From: a virus | Reading direction: 5' to 3' (one strand) | DNA: 63,757 bases | Virus record (IMG/VR): IMGVR_UViG_3300019487_000007 | Part shown: piece after piece, positions 1 to 7,592 of the stretch | Position numbering within the stretch: position 1 is the first letter of the stretch | How the letters are laid out: each line of letters opens with the position of its first letter | Program-made: the position numbers and the translations under genes | Notes under the pieces: generated by a model | The model's database searches: none | The model's input: the letters and a program-made list of their open reading frames with translations, nothing else | What the model was told of the DNA's origin: nothing

Positions 1-123
1 GTATAAGTCGGGAAGCTTTAGTACCACTGTCGGGTCGTACCTCCAAATAGGCGCATCCTCCGTGGAGGTAGCCATCAACACCACCGACACCGTCCTCGTC
101 TCGTCATGGATTAACTTGGTCGA
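1..123. repeat. Terminal direct repeat, left copy; identical to 63635-63757 (assembly overlap of a circular or terminally redundant genome)
   Basis: Base-by-base comparison of the first 123 nt (gtataagtcgggaagc...ttaacttggtcga) with the last 123 nt shows identity. Confidence 0.95.
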
Positions 124-220
124 CGGGGCTAAGGCAGATGTCCACCTTGCCATTAACGGTGTTGGAGGGGACGGCGCCCTTGATCCTCAGTTTGGTGTTA
201 TTGCGGCAGAGTTTCGCTGA
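2..220 (+). CDS. C-terminal part of the junction-spanning virion-associated hypothetical protein (continuation of CDS 63036..63757)
   Basis: The frame of 63036..63757 stays open through the repeat and continues through 124-220 (..VDGAKADVHLAINGVGGDGALDPQFGVIAAEFR, TGA at 218-220). Bases 2-123 duplicate 63636-63757. Confidence 0.6.
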   Translation, partial: YKSGSFSTTVGSYLQIGASSVEVAINTTDTVLVSSWINLVDGAKADVHLAINGVGGDGALDPQFGVIAAEFR

Positions 221-419
221 GCCCTCTCAGTTCGGCCTCTAGTACCTTCAAGGCCATCGCAGCGTCGGCGACGCCTGACCAGTCGCCCTCATCCACCTTC
301 ACTCGCAGGTAGGAGCAATAAACGTCCCTTCTCCTTTGCAACTGCCACCGCCTAATCCTAGTCGCAACAAGTGAGGATGAAGCCGCATCTGCGGCAGAGC
401 CATTTTCTTCCTGAGCCAC
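198..419 (-). CDS. hypothetical protein (73 aa)
   Basis: GTG-initiated ORF with no motif. It is the last gene of the minus arm and overlaps the plus-arm end by 23 nt. A 62-nt overlap with the upstream ORF makes the start uncertain. Confidence 0.3.
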   Translation of the reverse strand: MAQEENGSAADAASSSLVATRIRRWQLQRRRDVYCSYLRVKVDEGDWSGVADAAMALKVLEAELRGLSETLPQ

Positions 420-555
420 GAATCATCTCCTTTCCGCAGGAGGGGCACCCCTCCCCGTTGAGAGGAAGGGGAGAACAAGAAGGAGAAGGGGAAGGAAGAT
501 TAGAAGAATCTTCATCCCTTCTCCTAGACCCCCCAATCGTCTTGACCGACCGCAT
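358..555 (-). CDS. small zinc-ribbon protein (65 aa)
   Basis: ATG ORF with a CPSCG-x13-CRRCG pattern. The N-terminal half is S/P-rich low complexity. Confidence 0.35.
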   Translation of the reverse strand: MRSVKTIGGSRRRDEDSSNLPSPSPSCSPLPLNGEGCPSCGKEMIRGSGRKWLCRRCGFILTCCD

Positions 556-703
556 GAAAATGCCACGATGGCGGTCCCATCAGCGGAAGGTCCCGCCACT
601 CACCATGAGCTAGAAGGCGTGCTTGGTTCTCTGCCTCTACCGCATCCTCCGCCTCGACCCGCACATCGAAGTTCGCTGTGACGAAGACGTTAAAGGTTCT
701 CAC
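524..703 (-). CDS. hypothetical protein (59 aa, below the ORF-track cutoff)
   Basis: The GTG start shares a GTGA with the stop of 700..945. The translation VRTFNVFVTANFDVRVEAEDAVEAENQARLLAHGEW.. looks protein-like. Confidence 0.35.
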   Translation of the reverse strand: MRTFNVFVTANFDVRVEAEDAVEAENQARLLAHGEWRDLPLMGPPSWHFHAVGQDDWGV

Positions 704-945
704 CCCTCGTCCTCCACCAACTCCACCCGATCAAAAGACGAGAAAGCAGCGACGTTTCTCTGAGCGTCAATGGGGTTGACGGGGAACCCATCAATGTACC
801 GCTGTGGGGCGAGACCCGTCGGATCCCCATACATCGGCGGCGCCCCGATGTTCTGTGTAATGATCAGGACCGAACCGTAGACAGCAAAGCCATCGGCCCC
901 CGGGTAGTAGTGCTCGGCCCCTTGAGAATAAACCCTAACTCCCAT
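700..945 (-). CDS. hypothetical protein (81 aa)
   Basis: ORF whose start overlaps the upstream stop by 1 nt (TGATG). No motif. Confidence 0.5.
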   Translation of the reverse strand: MGVRVYSQGAEHYYPGADGFAVYGSVLIITQNIGAPPMYGDPTGLAPQRYIDGFPVNPIDAQRNVAAFSSFDRVELVEDEG

Positions 946-1277
946 CAGTTTCCCTCCTCTTTAACTTCCTTCACCGCCTCTTCGACTTCCTTCACCTCTG
1001 CCTTGATGGAGACGTTGAAGTCGTGCGCTCCCGTCGGCATCTTCACGAAGGTGTCCGCTCCAATATTGCCCCCCGGCATAGCCTCCCAAATGGCGCGCTC
1101 AAGGAGGCGCATCTGGGTGGAAGGGTCCTTAAGGCGAGGGCCTCTGAGAACAAACTTCACCGTCACCGTCACGTCGTAGTCGTCCGCAGGGGGCACCTCC
1201 ACGGTCTCTGCCTTCTCCGGAACAACGTCAATCACTTCCCCTGACACTTCCCCTGACACTTCCTCAACCCCACTCAT
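945..1277 (-). CDS. hypothetical acidic protein (110 aa)
   Basis: The ATG at 1277 forms an ATGA overlap with the polymerase stop at 1274-1276. Start refined from the track's 1301. Confidence 0.55.
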   Translation of the reverse strand: MSGVEEVSGEVSGEVIDVVPEKAETVEVPPADDYDVTVTVKFVLRGPRLKDPSTQMRLLERAIWEAMPGGNIGADTFVKMPTGAHDFNVSIKAEVKEVEEAVKEVKEEGN

Positions 1278-3412
1278 TCCTTTTCCTCCATCTCCGACCA
1301 CGCTTTAGTGGTCCTCTTCACACTTACTCCAATTGAGAGGCCATTCAATTCTGGCCACTCCCTCTCCATCACCGACTTCACAAAAGACGTCACCCCTTCC
1401 TCCCTCTCTGGGTCGCATTGAAGAATGATCGCGTCGTGGATGGGAATCAAGAGCTCGAACGCTCCCTCTTCCTCACCTTCTCCCAATTCCACCAGCGTCC
1501 ACCGCAACATTGAGGCGGCCGTCGATTGGGGTAGGAACGCGAGGGCCTCGTTCGCCTCCTCTCCTAGTCTCCACTCCCCCTTCTTTGTCTTGCTGAAAAC
1601 GGAGAAGAAGTAGCGGCGATAGCCGAAGGGATTTTCGAGATACCCGTCATGATGAGCTTGCCGCTGTGTTTGCCCCTTCCACCTAGTCACGATCGGGGCC
1701 ATGCGGTCCTTGATCATGATGAACCGGACTGCTTCAGAGAGGGAACACTTGAGGATGCGCGAGAGGAGCCGGGGCCCCATCCCGTAGCCCAAGGCAAGGT
1801 TGATCTTCTTTCCATCCGCCCTCTCTAGGGGGAAGTTCTTCTTCAGCCAGGAGAGTTTACCCTCTAGATCCGGATCATCGGAATAGAAGGGCTTCTCTAT
1901 CTTCCCCTTGTCGTGAAGCAGGAAGGAAGTGAAGAACCCGTGGGAATCTAGAAGAGAGAGTCGGATGTAACCAAGATCATTGGCGAACCAACCCGTAAGG
2001 ACAGCTTCAATAGCCTTCCAGTCGAATTCTAGCAGTACCTTTCCTGGATCAGGGACGATAGTCCCCCGAATGAGTCGAGCGACATCACCCTCAACCCCGC
2101 CGCCCCTACCTTGGGGGACATTCTGCACGTTCGGGCGTCTGGAATTACCCGTTATTGCTATTTGGTTATCGGATTTAATTATCCAAGTTCCACAGGCTGT
2201 TTGAGGACACCAGACAGGCACATTCTTTTCGACACTCTTCCACAAGGCATATCGCACATTCCTAGATTTGTGTATATGGAAATCGTGGAAGTTGTTCTTA
2301 GTGCGTCGTATGTTCCAGGTAATTCTATGGCCCAATACCGTAGCTAGTGTAGTAAAAGCTTCCATTGCTGGAGCCTTGAGGGCTCCAAAGCGGCCACCAT
2401 CCCGGCCATAGTGTTTTCTGTATGATCCATCGGCCTCCATCATTGCTGCCCACATAGCCTCTCTTGCTGCGAGGGGAAGAGCTAAAACAAACTTAGCAAA
2501 GTTTCCGAATGCCAATACTCTGCGCCAGATGGGATCGAATATTTTAGTTCCCAAATAGAAGACTTCTATTTCTCCTGTACTGGTATGAGTACGCAGGTAC
2601 TTATGTCTTGTGTACTGCAATCCTGTTAGATCTCTCTTAAGATGATCTATAGATTGCTTCTTAACTAAACCAACAGAAAGAACGTACCTTCCAGACTCAA
2701 GCTTTTTGACATGTCCATCTGTGAGCGCCCATCCGGCTATAGCGGCTTCTTGTGAGGATATATCAGACGTGCCTTCTATTCCCGAGGCACTTAGTTTAAG
2801 GTGTAGTATCCCATGGGCATTGACCTTGTCACCGCGAATCAAACCCTCTATCCTAGGAGTAAATCCTACCCATTTATGTTCCGCTGTACTCCTAATACCA
2901 TAAGGCTTTTTTCCGTGCCCTGCTTTGTAGGTATTTCTGAAAGCCATCAATCCTAGATCGCCGCATCCAATATGTACCGCTTCCAGCTCGGTCCACTTCA
3001 AGTGGCCAGTAAGAAGATCGTATCCGACTACCTTCATGCCTACCCTAAGTTGAGGATAGAGTAGCCAGCCCTCTTCCGTTAAAATCTCCGCATCTATACC
3101 TACACAGGAAAGCCTCCCCGTATCGGGCTCGAAAGGAAACTCAGAATGGAATCGCCCGTCCTTCCCCAGATAGGCGTCTCGAAGATCTCCAAGTCCCTTC
3201 TTGAGATGTCTAATATCGACTGCAAGCGGGATAAGGGGATCCTGGGGATGCTCAGTAAGTATCTTCTCAAGGGCCTCCTCGTCGGTGGTAGGTTTACGGG
3301 TCTTGCGATGAAGAGGGACCGCGTACTTTTTCCAGGCAAAGTATTTTAGGAGCTGCTTCTGAGAGGTGGCATTGAACTCCTCAGGGAGGGCCCACCTTTT
3401 GATTTCGATCAC
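1274..3412 (-). CDS. Family-A DNA polymerase, polymerase-domain fragment, interrupted by an intein
   Basis: Motifs: FNATSQKQLLKYF, TRKPTTDEEALEKIL, DTGRLS|intein|SRRPNVQNVPQ (compare TGRLSSxxPNLQNIP), LLEFDWKAIEAVL (motif A-like), IPIHDAIILQ (motif C-like). The GTG start overlaps the upstream stop (GTGA). Confidence 0.9.
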   Translation of the reverse strand: MIEIKRWALPEEFNATSQKQLLKYFAWKKYAVPLHRKTRKPTTDEEALEKILTEHPQDPLIPLAVDIRHLKKGLGDLRDAYLGKDGRFHSEFPFEPDTGRLSCVGIDAEILTEEGWLLYPQLRVGMKVVGYDLLTGHLKWTELEAVHIGCGDLGLMAFRNTYKAGHGKKPYGIRSTAEHKWVGFTPRIEGLIRGDKVNAHGILHLKLSASGIEGTSDISSQEAAIAGWALTDGHVKKLESGRYVLSVGLVKKQSIDHLKRDLTGLQYTRHKYLRTHTSTGEIEVFYLGTKIFDPIWRRVLAFGNFAKFVLALPLAAREAMWAAMMEADGSYRKHYGRDGGRFGALKAPAMEAFTTLATVLGHRITWNIRRTKNNFHDFHIHKSRNVRYALWKSVEKNVPVWCPQTACGTWIIKSDNQIAITGNSRRPNVQNVPQGRGGGVEGDVARLIRGTIVPDPGKVLLEFDWKAIEAVLTGWFANDLGYIRLSLLDSHGFFTSFLLHDKGKIEKPFYSDDPDLEGKLSWLKKNFPLERADGKKINLALGYGMGPRLLSRILKCSLSEAVRFIMIKDRMAPIVTRWKGQTQRQAHHDGYLENPFGYRRYFFSVFSKTKKGEWRLGEEANEALAFLPQSTAASMLRWTLVELGEGEEEGAFELLIPIHDAIILQCDPEREEGVTSFVKSVMEREWPELNGLSIGVSVKRTTKAWSEMEEKE
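2144..3106 (-). mobile_element. Intein (321 aa) with LAGLIDADG homing-endonuclease domain, inserted in the PolA TGRLS/S motif
   Basis: Starts with Cys (CVGIDAEILTEEG) and has block B STAEH. Two LAGLIDADG-like motifs (IAGWALTDGHV, AAMMEADGSY). Ends ..IAITGN followed by Ser. The extein halves rejoin into the canonical PolA motif. The DNA is visibly more A+T-rich than its flanks. Confidence 0.8.
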
Positions 3413-3642
3413 TGGGGAGCGCCTTCCGAGAACCCCCCAAACTCCTCCGCCTTCTCCTTCTGTAGCTCAAAGAGGATCTTCATGATCTTCTTCGAGGGCC
3501 GCTTAAAGGGGTGCTTGGAGGCTCTCGTGAACTGCTTCACAAGAAGGTGCTCCTTGTCTCTCTTGAGACGCTCCCCGAGGGAGGCCTCTTGGAGGAGGCC
3601 CGTTCCGTGACCGGTCGAGCACGCTTTTCTCTTATTCTTCAT
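3409..3642 (-). CDS. hypothetical basic protein (77 aa) lying between the two polymerase fragments
   Basis: The ATG overlaps the stop of the zinc-ribbon frame by 11 nt. Its own stop shares a GTGA with the polymerase-domain start. Confidence 0.45.
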   Translation of the reverse strand: MKNKRKACSTGHGTGLLQEASLGERLKRDKEHLLVKQFTRASKHPFKRPSKKIMKILFELQKEKAEEFGGFSEGAPQ

Positions 3643-3802
3643 TCCCTAGCCTTCTCTTTCCCTTTGGGAAGAACTTCCCGAGGCACTCATCGCAGACTGG
3701 GAGGTCTCGTCCTTTGAGGACGAGGCGGTCTTCTTCCCCCGCTTCGTAGACCCTGAGGATGATCGCGGTGACTTCTCCTTCACCGCACGCGCCGCACGGG
3801 GT
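3632..3802 (-). CDS. Zinc-ribbon segment in the -1 frame relative to the upstream polymerase ORF (separate mini-gene or frameshifted C-terminus)
   Basis: The frame reads TPCGACGEGEVTAIILRVYEAGEEDRLVLKGRDLPVCDECLGKFFPKGKRR (CxxC-x27-CxxC). Over the same bases the 552-aa frame reads S/K/R-rich low complexity. Confidence 0.45.
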   Translation of the reverse strand, partial: TPCGACGEGEVTAIILRVYEAGEEDRLVLKGRDLPVCDECLGKFFPKGKRRLGNEE

Positions 3803-5304
3803 TTCTTCTCCTTCGGAATCCTCTCCAGATAACCTTCCTCCGACAATCGCCAACCCTTCTTGAGCTCCTCCACTCGGTCGTCCACTAGGAGGAGTTGTTC
3901 CCTCTTGTAGCCCTTCTTTTCCAAGGTTTCCAATGGGAGCATAAAAGTCTTCCTCGGACAGAGGTCGATCGGCACCACCTTCTGAACAGCCCTCTCTCTC
4001 TCCTTTAACCACGCTTCGATTGTCTCCCGCGCCGCCTGGCGCCGCTCTTTATCAACTCTGATTCCCCTTCTGCTCATCCGCTTTAGGACAGTCCCACACC
4101 TGACAAAATGGCGCAGGAACATGTTCCATCGCCCCTCAGCCTCAAGCTTTGCTCGGATCTTGTTGTGCGCGCGGAGGAGGAGGTCCGAGTCGGAGGCAGA
4201 GTAGAATTCTGGCTTCTCCCTCACCTCCAACTTCCAGGGCTCTGCGTCGGGGAGAAGGACGCTCACGACAAATCTTAGGCTCATTGGAAGGGCACTCTCA
4301 AGGCACTTCCACTCGTGCATGACATCTATGAAGTCACCCTCGATGGGGCAGTTGTTCGCCTCAAGGCGGGGGACATCGAAGTTGAGACCGTTGAAGGCGA
4401 TCTTTGGGCCGGGGGAAGAAAGGAGGCGCACTGCTAGGGAGATGAACGGCTCTCTCCACTGGAAGGTGATAGCCTCCCCTTCCTTGAAGGAGAAGGAGAT
4501 TCTCAGAATCGTGAAAGACTCGTCGTCTTCTATCGAGAAATTGTACGGGTCCTCATCCTTCTCCGCCTTCTTTACGTAGGGCGTTTCAATGTCGAATGCT
4601 AGGGGGAGGTCAGGAGTTCCAGCCAGAGCCGTCTCGTAGTCCTCCACAAAACGAAGCAGATCAAAAGGAGAAGGATTAAGAGTGTAGCGAGTGACCCTCT
4701 CTGGGAGCCCGTGACGCGCGACCTGAACCGCCTTAAGGAGATCAAGCTTCACCACCCGAGAGAGATGGACCTTCCCCCTGATGAGATAAGAGGGGTGATA
4801 GGTGCCGATGACAGGGAGGCCTTTGGGTCCCCTGAAGACATAACCACGGAGAGTGTCGATCCCCTCGGGGCGCCCGGTCAATGCCTTCAAGGCGACGCCC
4901 CCGACTGCGACGATCACCCGAGGCTTTAACTCTTCGATCGCTTCTAGGGCGTAGCGGCGACACTTCTCGACTGCCTCTTTTTCGTAGGGCGCCAAGTCGT
5001 TGTTTGGGGGACGACACATGACCGTGTTGCGGACCCAAAAGTCACGATCAATGGAGAGGGGGAGGTTCGTCTCGGGGTCGATTGTCCGAGAGATGATTCT
5101 AGAGAGGAAGGAGCCAGTCTTCCCAACGAAGGCGATGCCCGCCAGCTCCTCTTCTTCCCCTAGGGCTTCACCAAAGATAAGGATCTTCTCCTTTCCTTCT
5201 CCTCTCGTACGAGAGAAGCCGAAGCCATCACCGAAGAGGGGGCAGCCCTTACACGTTGGAGGTTTAGGGAGGAGGTCTTTTCTGAGCTTGATGATGTTAA
5301 TCAA
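3646..5304 (-). CDS. Family-A DNA polymerase N-terminal fragment: UDG-like domain + 3'-5' exonuclease + start of pol domain
   Basis: Family-4 UDG-like motifs (CKGCPL, IFGEALG, MCRPPNN, YHPSYLIRG). DnaQ-type exonuclease motifs (AFDIETPY, FNGLNFDVPRL, YSASDSD). Then VLKRMSRRGIRVD (pol-domain N-terminus). TTG start. The last ~50 codons are probably not genuine coding. Confidence 0.85.
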   Translation of the reverse strand: MINIIKLRKDLLPKPPTCKGCPLFGDGFGFSRTRGEGKEKILIFGEALGEEEELAGIAFVGKTGSFLSRIISRTIDPETNLPLSIDRDFWVRNTVMCRPPNNDLAPYEKEAVEKCRRYALEAIEELKPRVIVAVGGVALKALTGRPEGIDTLRGYVFRGPKGLPVIGTYHPSYLIRGKVHLSRVVKLDLLKAVQVARHGLPERVTRYTLNPSPFDLLRFVEDYETALAGTPDLPLAFDIETPYVKKAEKDEDPYNFSIEDDESFTILRISFSFKEGEAITFQWREPFISLAVRLLSSPGPKIAFNGLNFDVPRLEANNCPIEGDFIDVMHEWKCLESALPMSLRFVVSVLLPDAEPWKLEVREKPEFYSASDSDLLLRAHNKIRAKLEAEGRWNMFLRHFVRCGTVLKRMSRRGIRVDKERRQAARETIEAWLKERERAVQKVVPIDLCPRKTFMLPLETLEKKGYKREQLLLVDDRVEELKKGWRLSEEGYLERIPKEKKPRAARAVKEKSPRSSSGSTKRGKKTASSSKDETSQSAMSASGSSSQREREG

Positions 5305-5307
5305 GCT

Positions 5308-5640
5308 TCACCGCGTGTCGCCCTCTCCCTTGAGGACGCCCCTCCTCTGCCTGTCCTGAAGCTTCTCTAAGTTCGCCTCTGCCACTTCCTCTAGGGTATA
5401 ACCCAACTCATGCGCGGCGAGCGCAACGTACCAGAGCACGTCTGAGAGTTCCAACATGAGGGCTCGCTCGGCCTTCTCGGTACTGAGGAGGTTCCTAGCG
5501 CCCTTCCGAACCTCCTTCTTAATCTTGTCAACGTACTCACCGCTCTCCCCCGCCAGACCTAGGGCAGTGTAGATAAGGCCAATGTCTTCCGGATAGACGG
5601 CCGTTCTCCGCGCCGCCTCCTGATAATCATTCATCTCCAC
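5308..5640 (-). CDS. mazG: MazG-like nucleoside triphosphate pyrophosphohydrolase
   Basis: YQEAARRTAVYP..LGLAGESGEY..LELSDVLWYVA..ANLEKL is the typical all-alpha MazG signature. Confidence 0.85.
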   Translation of the reverse strand: MEMNDYQEAARRTAVYPEDIGLIYTALGLAGESGEYVDKIKKEVRKGARNLLSTEKAERALMLELSDVLWYVALAAHELGYTLEEVAEANLEKLQDRQRRGVLKGEGDTR

Positions 5641-6226
5641 GCGCGATCACTCCTAATCTTTCTAGCTTTCTCTTAAAAGAGGGAAGGTCCCTCACTCGGA
5701 GACGCTGGGGATAGTCCATTCCCTTGTTGTAGTTTCGCTCCATCAAGAAGGAGAGGACGCCCTTTGAGTGGAGATCTCTTACCGTCTCCTCCTTGTCGTC
5801 GATGAAGGCTCGGAGGCCCAAGGCCTTTACTACCCCGGCCTTTTCTCTCCACCCCTCTACTAGTCGGACTCCCTTCACTTCTACGTCGTGGCGACGTAGC
5901 CATGACTTCGTGGCCGCCCACGCGCCTCCAGGGCGTGAGGAGACGATCCAGACGTCGGCCACTTTAGAGAGCTCTTGGAGCGTCTCAAGGGCGTTGGGGA
6001 GGGGGGCGGCCTCCCGGAACATCTCGGAAAGGAGGGGCTCCTCCCAGAGCAGATCAAAGGCCTTCTTGTTCAACTTCTCCAAGGTGTCCCATTCGGGCGG
6101 TCCCCACGCACCCCACCGCTCCGCTAGGCCCATCAGCTCGGCGGCCTTGTCGTTCCAATTGACGACTACACCGTCAGCGTCAACGCCAATCCTCGGCCTA
6201 CTCACCGTCCTCCTCCCCCTCTTCAT
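5627..6226 (-). CDS. HAD-superfamily 5'(3')-deoxyribonucleotidase-like hydrolase
   Basis: DxDxV nucleophile motif (IGVDADGVV), VSSRP, and a FIDDK C-terminal acidic motif, an NT5C-like layout. Confidence 0.7.
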   Translation of the reverse strand: MKRGRRTVSRPRIGVDADGVVVNWNDKAAELMGLAERWGAWGPPEWDTLEKLNKKAFDLLWEEPLLSEMFREAAPLPNALETLQELSKVADVWIVSSRPGGAWAATKSWLRRHDVEVKGVRLVEGWREKAGVVKALGLRAFIDDKEETVRDLHSKGVLSFLMERNYNKGMDYPQRLRVRDLPSFKRKLERLGVIARGDE

Positions 6227-7136
6227 CCCCCGTCTCCGGGTCCAGCCAATGGCGACTAGTGGGAAACTGTCCCAGCTCGATTGGAAGACGCAGCCTTCGC
6301 GCCGTAGCCGTTGAGATCTTCAACTCTTGTGCCACCACCTCATCTAGCGCTCCTCCCTTCTCCTCCCTCTCATTCATCATCGCGTAGACCGTCTTCATGT
6401 CCTCGAAGAGAGGACAGGTAATGGTGGTGCCGTCTTGGTGAAGAAGGAGAGGGACCGGCCGTAGGCGGCGGGAGATCTGACTCTTCTTGTGGTAGAGTCT
6501 AATGTTGAAACGGCCCCGAGGATCGTTGTAACGCTCCAGGTGGAGGCCCACTTGAGCGTCATTGATCCAGTGTTGCGACCCTGAGAAGTTCTCTCCCTTG
6601 TTCTCCTTCATCCTCGGGTCGATTGGGCTCTTCTTGGTATGGTGAATGAAGACGAGGGCCGCTTGGGGATAAAGGTGCTGGAAGTATTCGTAGACCGTCA
6701 CCGGGGTGGCGGAGTCTTTGTCGTCGAGGCGGTGGACTTTTCGGAGGGTGTTGAGAAAGACTACATCCGGGTGGATGTCTTTCTGGAGGCTCTTAAGCTC
6801 GTCCTCCACTTCCTTTCGGATGTTGGGAATCCCTAAAGGTTTGGCGATGTAGAACCAAACGTTGGGAGCGACGGGCTTCTTCCCGATCCTCGCCGCAAGG
6901 GCGTTCTCGGGAGTGTCAACGTCGATGTAAAGGACTCGACCGACGCGGGAGGGAAGGCCGAAAAAGGAAGTTCCCTTCCCAATAGAGGAGGCCATTTCCC
7001 ACGAGACGGGGGACTTTCCTACGCTGCTCTTCGCCCAAAAGAAAGTGATTCCCTCCTTCACTACGAAGGGGTCAATGAAAAATTCGGGCTCCTCCACTTT
7101 CAAGCGGGAGAGTTCGTCCCACGAGTAAAGAGCCAC
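6198..7136 (-). CDS. RecA-fold ATPase, RepA/AAA_25-like (candidate replicative helicase)
   Basis: Walker A FWAKSSVGKSP, Walker B-like DVVFLNTL and FIHHTKK, with a C-terminal HTH-like segment. Confidence 0.6.
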   Translation of the reverse strand: MALYSWDELSRLKVEEPEFFIDPFVVKEGITFFWAKSSVGKSPVSWEMASSIGKGTSFFGLPSRVGRVLYIDVDTPENALAARIGKKPVAPNVWFYIAKPLGIPNIRKEVEDELKSLQKDIHPDVVFLNTLRKVHRLDDKDSATPVTVYEYFQHLYPQAALVFIHHTKKSPIDPRMKENKGENFSGSQHWINDAQVGLHLERYNDPRGRFNIRLYHKKSQISRRLRPVPLLLHQDGTTITCPLFEDMKTVYAMMNEREEKGGALDEVVAQELKISTATARRLRLPIELGQFPTSRHWLDPETGDEEGEEDGE

Positions 7137-7337
7137 TCACTCCTCCTCCACTCGGAGGAACCATCCATCGAAGGGCGGGTCGATCATAGAGAAGGCCTCC
7201 TCGTAGAGCGCTCTCTTTACGTCCTCGCCGTCTTCTACCTCAACCTCAAATGGAAATGTCAGGGTCGCGTTGGCTCTGATCGTCCGAAGACGGTCCTTCA
7301 TCCTTCTCCTTCTTTTCTCTCTCTGCTCTAAGGGCAA
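7137..7337 (-). CDS. hypothetical protein (66 aa)
   Basis: ORF abutting the ATPase start. Overlaps ORF 7246..7455, so the start is uncertain. Confidence 0.4.
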   Translation of the reverse strand: MPLEQREKRRRRMKDRLRTIRANATLTFPFEVEVEDGEDVKRALYEEAFSMIDPPFDGWFLRVEEE

Positions 7338-7455
7338 GCTCTAGAATAGTGTGGATTCGCTCAAGGCGCGCTTCGTGGTGGAGGACCTCAGCGAGGAAGA
7401 TGGCCTCAGGGGAGATTTCCCTCCTAGGGAGTTCCTCACCCTCTTTCAACGTCAT
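7246..7455 (-). CDS. hypothetical protein (69 aa)
   Basis: ORF with a helical-looking N-terminal two thirds. Its tail overlaps 7137..7337. Confidence 0.35.
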   Translation of the reverse strand: MTLKEGEELPRREISPEAIFLAEVLHHEARLERIHTILELALRAEREKKEKDEGPSSDDQSQRDPDISI

Positions 7456-7592
7456 TTAGAGATGTCCAGTGAAAACTTCCCGAGAGTGATGCTGAGGTGG
7501 CAGCACGGTGTGAGGAAGTGAATATCGAAGTAGGTCCAATCCGCGCGAGGCCAATAGGCAAGAAAGAAACGACCCCGCTCAAAGCTCTTCAT
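7452..7592 (-). CDS. hypothetical protein (46 aa)
   Basis: The ATG at 7592 overlaps the exonuclease stop by 1 nt (TGATG). Start refined from the track's 7736. Confidence 0.35.
   Translation of the reverse strand: MKSFERGRFFLAYWPRADWTYFDIHFLTPCCHLSITLGKFSLDISK

Noticed and set aside
3780-3810. A programmed -1 ribosomal frameshift joining the polymerase N-terminal ORF to the zinc-ribbon frame.
   Set aside because: There is no X_XXY_YYZ slippery heptamer in the zero frame around GAG AAG AAA CCC CGT, and no obvious downstream pseudoknot. I keep the frame change as an observation, but I do not call it programmed frameshifting.
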